Shown one piece after another: positions 18,749-25,402 of a stretch of DNA of 64,000 bases (position 1 is the first letter of the stretch; each line of letters begins with the position of its first letter). The notes under the pieces were generated by a model, which saw only the letters and a program-made list of their open reading frames with translations, had not been told where the DNA came from and made no database searches. The stretch is from an uncultured Ignavibacteriales bacterium (lineage in GTDB: Bacteria > Zixibacteria > MSB-5A5 > GN15 > FEB-12): NCBI GenBank assembly GCA_964416195.1, contig CAYQDB010000003.1, positions 8,555 to 72,554 of the forward strand. Direction: 5' to 3'. A program made the translations under genes and the position numbers.

Positions 18749-19498
18749 ATGGGTAAGAAAAAAACTCAGATTACAGTTCGCACGGAGGATAAGTCGAAGT
18801 TTCTCGGCCTAACTGCGGTGTGGTGGGTCGTCGTAATCATGGTAGTGGGAATTCCTGTCAGCATCTGGCTGGCATTTCGTGATGGTGGCAACGGTGAGAA
18901 ACAACTACTTGAACAGAGGGTTGAGAAACTGCAAGCCGATAAGGAAGAACTGTATTCACTGTTACACCAATGCCTTGGCAATACCCCTATCATTCTTGAT
19001 AAAGACAATCCACCACCTGAGCCTGACTGTTTTGACACGGTTGAAATTGAAGTCAGAAACATCATTGAACAGGGAGGCTATGTAAACGGAGCGGATTTGC
19101 TGAGAGTTGGTAACGTTCTTTATACAAAGGGCGATTGTCAGAAAGCACTGTCCTATTATCAAGTTGCCCTTAACCAAGCTGGGCAGCACGATGACAGTTC
19201 GCTCATTGCTTCTGCAAAGGGTAATATCGGTCTGATCTATTCTGACAAGGGTGATCTGGATGAGGCGTTGAAATATCACCAGGCGGCGTTGGAAATTCAC
19301 AAGGAAGTTGGGTACCGCCAGGGTAAGGCGAATCAGTTAGGTAATATCGGTCTGATCTATAAAGCTAAGGGTGATCTGGATGAGGCGTTGAAGTATCTGA
19401 AGGAAGCTTTGGAGATTTTTGAAGCCCATGGCTATACGAAAGAAGTCGAACAGACCAAAAGAAACATTGCTGAGATTGAGCGAATGAAGAATGAGTAG
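18749..19498 (+). CDS. membrane-anchored TPR-repeat protein
   Basis: N-terminal TM helix. Tandem units GNIGLIY..KGDLDEALKY..(A/E)ALEI recur with 120-nt periodicity and long identical nucleotide runs. Confidence 0.75.
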   Translation: MGKKKTQITVRTEDKSKFLGLTAVWWVVVIMVVGIPVSIWLAFRDGGNGEKQLLEQRVEKLQADKEELYSLLHQCLGNTPIILDKDNPPPEPDCFDTVEIEVRNIIEQGGYVNGADLLRVGNVLYTKGDCQKALSYYQVALNQAGQHDDSSLIASAKGNIGLIYSDKGDLDEALKYHQAALEIHKEVGYRQGKANQLGNIGLIYKAKGDLDEALKYLKEALEIFEAHGYTKEVEQTKRNIAEIERMKNE

Positions 19499-19499
19499 T

Positions 19500-19965
19500 T
19501 GTTACACTTCGACTCCGAAACTGTGTCATAAATCGCAATTCACGCTTTCTCATGGTGGCGTCAGGCGTCTCTGCCTGACGCTTGCACGACGTATTGGTGT
19601 ATTGCGTATTCACTTGTGGCTGTCGGGCAGAGACACCCGACAGCACCTTGTAAGCTCAGGACAGGCAGGGCTTTTGACCTACGGGGATTGTTGGGGCAGA
19701 TGTGGACATCTGCCACCCACGATACTCGCCTTTGGCGTACTGCCCACAGTACACGGATGTCATTCCCGCGAAAGCGGGAATCCAGGTACTTAACGTTGAG
19801 AAAAGAGACACGAATGGATTCCTGCTTCCGCAGGAATGACGGGCGAGTAGCCTTATTGAGTCAGGTGCAAAAGGAACCTGAGCTACTAGGGCAGATGTGG
19901 ACATCTGCCGCATACAAGCAAGAAGGGTATGACAACATAGGCGAATTGGCGAGCCGAACACGGAA
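19500..19965. repeat. intergenic array of at least six unrelated perfect hairpins (REP/MITE-like)
   Basis: Hairpins at 19558-19581 (9 bp), 19620-19643 (8 bp), 19695-19714 and 19890-19909 (identical ggcagatgtggacatctgcc), 19762-19781 (attcccgc gaaa gcgggaat) and 19818-19837 (attcctgc ttcc gcaggaat). Confidence 0.7.
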
Positions 19966-19966
19966 A

Positions 19967-20029
19967 ATGAAATACTCCAAGTGCGGACATGAGGAAGATA
20001 AGGTCATAGGCAGCAAAAGTGGATATTGA
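19967..20029 (+). pseudogene. decayed duplicate of the nrdR 5' end (20-codon remnant ORF)
   Basis: 19967-20005 matches nrdR 21115-21153 at 35/39 nt. Remnant MKYSKCGHEEDKVIGSKSGY versus NrdR MKCPKCGHEEDKVVDSRPS. The first zinc-ribbon Cys is lost. Confidence 0.65.
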
Positions 20030-20972
20030 AATCCTGGGAACGGAGTCTCTGGGGGTCAGGGGGCTTTCGTGTTTTGTCAGAGCCGGAAATCAAAGAATAC
20101 TGATCGATCCGGGTATTGCCTTAGGTTACATCCGCCACGGGTTGCTGCCGCACCCTTTTCAGGTAGCCGTTGACGAAAGGATACAGAAGAAAATCGTGCA
20201 GAGATGGTCTGACGCTACGGATATAGTCATCAGCCATTTTCATGGAGACCATGTTCCCCTTGCGGATGCCAACCCGTATCAGTTCAATATCAGGAAGGTA
20301 ACCGGATTGAATCCGCACGTCAGGATATGGACAAGGAGTCTGTCGCATCTCTCAATGGTGCAAAAACGAAGAGCGGAGTCCCTTTCCACAGTATTACGCA
20401 CTGATCTGTTACCGGCGGAAGGGACCACACAGGGAATAATGACTTTTTCCGGGCAGGTATGTCATGGCGAAAAAAGCAGCCATCTGGGAACTGTAATAAT
20501 GACCAGGATTGAGGAAGATGGTGTGTTTGTGCACGCTTCTGATATTCAGCTTCTCAACGACGAAGCGATTTCCATAATACTGTCCTGGAAACCTGATATT
20601 GTATTCGCTGCCGGACCGCCTCTCTACCTGTACCACAAGGTTTTCAAAAGCAAAATGAGAATAGCCTGGCATAATGCCAGAATTCTTTCAGAGCGGGTTG
20701 GCATTTTAATTCTTGATCATCACTTGATGAGGAGTTATGAAGGGATTACATGGCTGAAGCGTCTATCGGTGGAGACAGGGAACAAGGTTATCTGCGGAGC
20801 GGACTTCATGGGGAAGCCGCGGATGTTGCTCGAAGCCAGGCGCAGGGACCTGTACAAGGATATGCCTGTCCCGTCCGGCTGGCATGAAGCCTATGGCAGG
20901 GGTGAGGTAAGCACTGATGCTTATTGGAGGTCAGCAAAGAGACTCTACAAGGAGATGAGGCTAAGCGACTAA
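20019..20972 (+). CDS. MBL-fold metallo-hydrolase, archaeal UPF0282-like
   Basis: SHFHGDH motif. The N-terminus LGTESLGVRGLSCFV....RILIDPGIALG..R.GLLPHP recalls the UPF0282 family. GTG start overlaps the nrdR remnant ORF. Confidence 0.65.
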   Translation: MDIEILGTESLGVRGLSCFVRAGNQRILIDPGIALGYIRHGLLPHPFQVAVDERIQKKIVQRWSDATDIVISHFHGDHVPLADANPYQFNIRKVTGLNPHVRIWTRSLSHLSMVQKRRAESLSTVLRTDLLPAEGTTQGIMTFSGQVCHGEKSSHLGTVIMTRIEEDGVFVHASDIQLLNDEAISIILSWKPDIVFAAGPPLYLYHKVFKSKMRIAWHNARILSERVGILILDHHLMRSYEGITWLKRLSVETGNKVICGADFMGKPRMLLEARRRDLYKDMPVPSGWHEAYGRGEVSTDAYWRSAKRLYKEMRLSD

Positions 20973-21114
20973 GGAAGTAGCGTAGGTCGAAGCCCCGTGG
21001 TTTCGACAAAGATATGAGACTTTGACGTGTGACCTACATGAATAAAGAGATTACCCACAGCAAAGCTGTGGGGTACCTCTGGTGTGTGAACGAACAATCA
21101 TGATTGGTTACTGA

Positions 21115-21567
21115 ATGAAATGCCCTAAGTGTGGACATGAGGAAGATAAGGTCGTGGATAGCAGGCCGTCACAGGATGGCCGGGCGGTGCGCCGTCGCCG
21201 TGAATGCCTGAAGTGCCACGAACGCTTCACGACATACGAGTATGTTGAGCACGGCACATTAACCGTCCTCAAGTCCGACGGCCGTAGGGAGCCGTTTGAC
21301 CGCAATAAAATCCTGACCGGCATCAAGCTGGCCTGCAACAAACGCCCGGTGACCGGCCAGCAGATGCAGTCAATGCTGGACAGTATCGAGGCCGAGCTCA
21401 GCGCCCGTTTTCGCACTGACGTCACCAGCAAGGAGATCGGTGAGGTGGTTATGCAGAAACTACGCGAGGTGGACGAGATCGCCTATGTCCGCTTTGCGTC
21501 GGTATACCGCCGTTTCCAGGATGCGGCTGAGTTCCTTGAGGAGATCAAGAAGCTGCTCGACAAGTAA
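21115..21567 (+). CDS. nrdR: transcriptional repressor NrdR
   Basis: MKCPKCGHEEDKVVDSR...RRRRECLKCHERFTTYE zinc ribbon plus ATP-cone. Confidence 0.95.
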   Translation: MKCPKCGHEEDKVVDSRPSQDGRAVRRRRECLKCHERFTTYEYVEHGTLTVLKSDGRREPFDRNKILTGIKLACNKRPVTGQQMQSMLDSIEAELSARFRTDVTSKEIGEVVMQKLREVDEIAYVRFASVYRRFQDAAEFLEEIKKLLDK

Positions 21568-21609
21568 CATGCGAAGAAACCCACCGCAAGCTGTGGGCCA
21601 CCCTGTCAG

Positions 21610-21690
21610 CACTATTTCTTTGTTGTCATGGTGAGCGGAGTTGAACTATGAACGTTGCCCCTCGACTCCGCTCGGGGTGACGGTATCGTG
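21610..21690. repeat. hairpin repeats of the TCGACTCCGCTC-core family
   Basis: gtcatggtgagcggagttgaac and cccctcgactccgctcggggtgac. nrdR is also flanked by CCCACAGC-loop-GCTGTGGG hairpins at 21054-21072 and 21580-21597. Confidence 0.55.
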
Positions 21691-21741
21691 CGGGGCAAAA
21701 CCATTTGACATCTATACGGATCATCCACACATTCCGGTTTA

Positions 21742-22476
21742 ATGGTAGACGATGAAGAAAAGCACGAGGTATCGGAGTCCGGTTCTATGCCATTCGTAGA
21801 CCACCTTGAAGAGCTGCGGTGGCGTTTATTGAAGTCGCTTCTCGCCGTAGTGATTCTGTCGCTAGCTGCCTTTTACTTCTCTGACTACCTGATGAAATTC
21901 TTCGTTGTCCCCGCCGGTAATATCAAGCTTCATGTCACCGAGGTGACCGGCTCATTCTATGCTTACCTGAAGGTTTCGTTGATAACAGGAATCGTAGCAG
22001 CCTCTCCCATTGTTTTTTATCAGCTGTGGGCGTTTGTGAGCCCGGGGTTGTATCCCAGAGAGAAAGCTCATGTGTTGCCAATGGTGTTTGTATCGACGGT
22101 ACTCTTCCTGGTCGGGGCCGGATTCTGTTACCTTGTCATGCTTCCCTTCTCGTTGAAATTTCTTATTAGTTTTTCCGGTGAGTTGCTGAGTCCGATCATC
22201 ACGGTCGGCAGCTATCTGACCTTTGCAGGCGTAATGATGCTGGCTTTTGGGATTGGTTTTGAAATGCCGGTTGCGGCCTATTTCCTTGGTAAAGCCGGTA
22301 TTGTGTCATCGCGTTTCCTGGCCAAGGGCAGGCGCTACGCCATTGTACTGATTCTCATCGTTGCGGCACTCCTCACCACTCCCGATGTGGCCACTCAGTG
22401 CCTGCTGGCGCTTCCCCTGTACGTGCTGTACGAGGTTTCCATTATTGTTGTGAAGGTAACGGGTAAGAAGAGATAG
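21742..22476 (+). CDS. tatC: twin-arginine translocase subunit TatC
   Basis: 244 aa with six TM helices and a conserved N-terminal region, MPFVDHLEELRWRLLKSL. Confidence 0.9.
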   Translation: MVDDEEKHEVSESGSMPFVDHLEELRWRLLKSLLAVVILSLAAFYFSDYLMKFFVVPAGNIKLHVTEVTGSFYAYLKVSLITGIVAASPIVFYQLWAFVSPGLYPREKAHVLPMVFVSTVLFLVGAGFCYLVMLPFSLKFLISFSGELLSPIITVGSYLTFAGVMMLAFGIGFEMPVAAYFLGKAGIVSSRFLAKGRRYAIVLILIVAALLTTPDVATQCLLALPLYVLYEVSIIVVKVTGKKR

Positions 22477-22535
22477 GCGAGGTAGGTTACCTTTCTCTGT
22501 CTTGCCTCCGGCTGGTATTGGTGTGTCTAAGCCTG

Positions 22536-22564
22536 TTGACAATCAGACTGCCCAAGGCTAAATT
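22536..22564 (+). promoter_or_regulatory. sigma70-type promoter (TTGACA-N17-TAAATT) upstream of the truncated tRNA-Gly copy
   Basis: TTGACA at 22536-22541, a 17-nt spacer, TAAATT at 22559-22564, about 20 nt before position 1 of the tRNA sequence. Confidence 0.45.
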
Positions 22565-22584
22565 GCATCAGGTAATATTGGATA

Positions 22585-22630
22585 GCGGGCGTAATTCAGT
22601 GGTAGAATGCAAGCTTCCCAAGCTTGACGC
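22585..22630 (+). pseudogene. truncated tRNA-Gly (nt 1-46 only); left direct repeat of the islet
   Basis: 46/46 identical to 25313-25358. The T arm and 3' acceptor strand are absent. Confidence 0.85.
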
Positions 22631-22793
22631 TACCAGAACAAGTCTAATTGTCTGCCATAACTCCAAGTCTTTCAAGGGGGAACGCCAATATTGAGATCAA
22701 CCCATCTCCGATAATTGGGGCTATATAAGACAAGCCCCAAAGAGATGAAGCCGGAGAATTAGTAGGTGGTTTTTGGTTTGCCGACTCGCCTAC

Positions 22794-22825
22794 AAAAAAG
22801 CCAACAGTTAACGAGTGCTGTGGGC
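22794..22825 (-). terminator. rho-independent terminator of the islet operon
   Basis: The minus strand reads gcccacag-(10-nt loop)-ctgttggc (7/8 bp) followed by tttttt, about 20 nt after the stop at 22844. Confidence 0.5.
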
Positions 22826-22843
22826 TTTCTGTTATCTGTTTAT

Positions 22844-23266
22844 TCACCAGTTGCCGGAATCGACAATTTGCTGCTGTTGCTTTCGATCTGCATACCAATG
22901 TCCATTCCATAGAATTCGCCGGTATTTGTATTCCTCATTATCGCTGTTAGCGTATCTGATGCTGAATGTACGCTCACCGTCAATGCGGTGTCCTACAGCA
23001 TCAACCACAGTGCCGACAAATACCATTGGCGATTGGCTATTAACACGATAATACAGCTTGACTCCAGGATAGATTCGAGGTTCACACCATCTGGACTGTT
23101 CAACAGCAGAGAGGGTGTGCTGTGATTTTTCTACTTGTGGTTTACTGGTTTGTGGTTTGGTATTCTGTACATTGTAGCCCGTTATTGCTGAAAAAACAAT
23201 AAACGCCAATACTGCAGCTATAATAAAAAGCCAGCCTGTTGCTGAGGGATTCTTATATTGTTTCAT
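22844..23266 (-). CDS. hypothetical N-terminally anchored protein (islet ORF4)
   Basis: ATG at 23266 with an agagg SD. MKQYKNPSATGW followed by a TM helix. No family recognised. Confidence 0.55.
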   Translation of the reverse strand: MKQYKNPSATGWLFIIAAVLAFIVFSAITGYNVQNTKPQTSKPQVEKSQHTLSAVEQSRWCEPRIYPGVKLYYRVNSQSPMVFVGTVVDAVGHRIDGERTFSIRYANSDNEEYKYRRILWNGHWYADRKQQQQIVDSGNW

Positions 23267-23279
23267 TGTCAAACCTCTG

Positions 23280-23672
23280 TTAAAGAATAGTCCAATTGTT
23301 AGGATTGTGAGGATTGCCGCCATCCCATACCACTTTACAATCCGCCACCGAAGAATCATAAGCAGCACCGTTCACATAAAGTATCCAGTATCCTGTAACA
23401 GTCCACGTATACTTACTACTGTCTTTATTGATGACAGTAATGGTGTCTATTGCACCATGATATTCCATATTATAATCCCACGGAACAGGAGTTTTGTGTA
23501 AGTCCCGCATCATGTCTTTATATACACGAGCTATAAATTTGTTGACAACTACTGTTGCGTCATCTGTGGTAGGCGGATGTGGCACATATCTGTTATAAAG
23601 CCAAGACCAAGCAGCAATTTGACTTATTATTGCTACCACTGCCAGTACTACAATCCATCTTGTTTTCATCAC
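23280..23672 (-). CDS. hypothetical N-terminally anchored protein (islet ORF3), paralogue of ORF1
   Basis: TM helix, PPTTDDA, C-terminal GGNPHNPNNWTIL (compare ORF1 GRNPAISHNWRIL). Confidence 0.55.
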   Translation of the reverse strand: MMKTRWIVVLAVVAIISQIAAWSWLYNRYVPHPPTTDDATVVVNKFIARVYKDMMRDLHKTPVPWDYNMEYHGAIDTITVINKDSSKYTWTVTGYWILYVNGAAYDSSVADCKVVWDGGNPHNPNNWTIL

Positions 23673-23691
23673 GACCTCTTAATTTTGTTAT

Positions 23692-24156
23692 TTAAGGCAG
23701 GCTATAATGAGCCTCTGCGATTACATATTCTCCACTGCTGGCGGATGTCTTCATTTTTACACCATCTACATAAATCGACACATGCAAACCCACACATGCT
23801 GGATCCGTCAATTGAGCACTGACGTATAGAAAATTGCCTTTTATCGCTCCAAACGAATACGTCCAAGGTTCGTTCCTTTTGAAGTATGCTTCTTTTTGTG
23901 ATGTTCCACCATCAGCATTGGTGTAAGTAATAAAAACTTCAGAATATTCAGTATATCCGGTGCGGACCTCATATTCGATATTGTGTACTGTGTATTCGTC
24001 AACATAAGCAGAAACAGAGACATTTTCACTATATGCTGGTTTCTTGTTGTTGTGACCAGTACCAGTATGTGTCAAAGCTATGATGAATACTATAAAAACA
24101 GGTACGATAACGAGCCACAACAAAAAGGGAGTTTTTTTCTTTTGCTGTTTCATCAC
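23692..24156 (-). CDS. hypothetical N-terminally anchored beta-rich protein (islet ORF2)
   Basis: TM helix followed by YEV..G....V.ITYTNADGG..Q......PW.......VSAQ.......V.IYVDG, loosely MmpS-like by eye. Confidence 0.5.
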   Translation of the reverse strand: MMKQQKKKTPFLLWLVIVPVFIVFIIALTHTGTGHNNKKPAYSENVSVSAYVDEYTVHNIEYEVRTGYTEYSEVFITYTNADGGTSQKEAYFKRNEPWTYSFGAIKGNFLYVSAQLTDPACVGLHVSIYVDGVKMKTSASSGEYVIAEAHYSLP

Positions 24157-24620
24157 GACCTCCTTTCACCAATTGCTCGATTGCGATTGTCAACTGACAT
24201 AAGGCTGGTTCCCATTGAAAAATAAAGGATTCGCCAATTATGAGATATCGCCGGATTGCGACCCATCCATTGCATATCCAATACTAATGTTGTCGAATCT
24301 ACAACGGTATTACCCTTATCTTCGGACATCAAGAACCAGCCTTCGGCTCTCCACACATTATACTGCATCTTGGGATACAAATCTGCATCTCTCTTCGATA
24401 CTGTAAGACAGTAATGTGTGTAATAACCCTCCTCCAAACCAATACTTGCAGCCACAAGAGCAGAATCACAGAGCGTCTTCATTGCATTCACCGCATCTAA
24501 CGTTGTTGGTCGCAGTGGCATACCATACCAATATTGTGCTGTTACCAGCAGAACAACAGAAGCGACAATAGTAATAGCAGTCCACCAACCTGCTGAAAGA
24601 TGATCCTTATATTGTTTCAT
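24153..24620 (-). CDS. hypothetical N-terminally anchored protein (islet ORF1)
   Basis: MKQYKDHLSAGWW followed by a TM helix. 4-nt overlap with ORF2. Shares a 15-nt start region (cttatattgtttcat) with ORF4. Confidence 0.55.
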   Translation of the reverse strand: MKQYKDHLSAGWWTAITIVASVVLLVTAQYWYGMPLRPTTLDAVNAMKTLCDSALVAASIGLEEGYYTHYCLTVSKRDADLYPKMQYNVWRAEGWFLMSEDKGNTVVDSTTLVLDMQWMGRNPAISHNWRILYFSMGTSLMSVDNRNRAIGERRS

Positions 24621-24676
24621 TTTATATTTCCCCCTAATTTAAAAGTTATCCATATACTTCATCGGCAATGGTGACC

Positions 24677-24826
24677 TTATTTATTATTAAGTAGTAGCAT
24701 CTCCATTTCGTCAGCAATATCTTCAAGCTGCGCATACTGTTTGCTGGTGCCAAATTCTGATTCGGTTAAATGCACACGTAGACGTATTACCAGATTATCA
24801 AGTATTTTATACATTATTACTGTCAT
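24677..24826 (-). CDS. possible 49-aa small ORF upstream of the islet operon
   Basis: MTVIMYKILDNLVIRLRVHLTESEFGTSKQYAQLEDIADEMEMLLLNNK. Below the track cutoff. Preceded by a possible 27-aa basic ORF at 24829..24912. Confidence 0.25.
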   Translation of the reverse strand: MTVIMYKILDNLVIRLRVHLTESEFGTSKQYAQLEDIADEMEMLLLNNK

Positions 24827-25162
24827 AACTACATTTCCTGCACCTGCTGTTTTGATTTAGTTTGCATTTTCATCTTACGCCTGCCTTTCTTGGTGGATGA
24901 GTATGTCATCATTCTAATTTATTAGAATGGCAAAGAACGTGCCGATTGATCGAAGCTAAGGAGAGGTATTGCCCTTGGCCTTTGTTTTGGATGTACTCTC
25001 GCACGGTATATACCTTAAACGCTTACGTACGGGGAAGAGCTTCCGAGACGCACTCCTGTGGACAGGAGCCGGTGGATTAGACCAGCATATATAGAGCAAG
25101 ACCTATATTGGTAAACTGTATATATAATTTGTGGATTTGTTCCTACATCTTCGATATATCTG

Positions 25163-25191
25163 TTGACTATATTGGAATGCGCCAATATAAT
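25163..25191 (+). promoter_or_regulatory. sigma70-type promoter (TTGACT-N17-TATAAT) inside the islet, pointing at the intact tRNA-Gly
   Basis: TTGACT at 25163-25168, a 17-nt spacer, TATAAT at 25186-25191, about 120 nt upstream of the tRNA. Confidence 0.4.
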
Positions 25192-25312
25192 ACACGCCTG
25201 TGCAACTTGACAGAGACGGCTTTGTGTATTTTTTTGTATATAGAGACATTTTGAGACGTCAAGTCTTGGAGATGAACAGTATCTCGAAGATGACGTTTCT
25301 TCTTGGAGACAA

Positions 25313-25384
25313 GCGGGCGTAATTCAGTGGTAGAATGCAAGCTTCCCAAGCTTGACGCCGTGGGTTCGAGTCCCATCGCCCGCT
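25313..25384 (+). tRNA. tRNA-Gly (anticodon CCC)
   Basis: 72-nt cloverleaf drawn by hand: acceptor gcgggcg/cgcccgc, D arm attc-agtggta-gaat, anticodon arm caagc-ttCCCaa-gcttg, T arm gtggg-ttcgagt-cccat. No encoded CCA. A T-run follows. Confidence 0.9.
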
Positions 25385-25402
25385 TTTTTTAATGGATGCG
25401 AC

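Larger units (their letters stand above)
22631..25312. mobile_element. putative integrated islet (no recombinase recognised) between tRNA-Gly 5'-half direct repeats
   Basis: Bounded by 46-nt perfect direct repeats, visibly AT-richer than its flanks, with genes on the opposite strand and its own terminator and promoter-like sites. Confidence 0.5.

Noticed and set aside
19500-19965. Possible CRISPR array, because of many short palindromic repeats in one intergenic region
   Set aside because: The repeats belong to different sequence families and are not regularly spaced. Only one unit recurs, and only twice. No cas genes are present in the window.
19616-20029. 137-aa plus-strand ORF across the hairpin array
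   Set aside because: It is composed of repeat hairpins. Only its last 20 codons are meaningful, and they are called separately as the nrdR 5' remnant.
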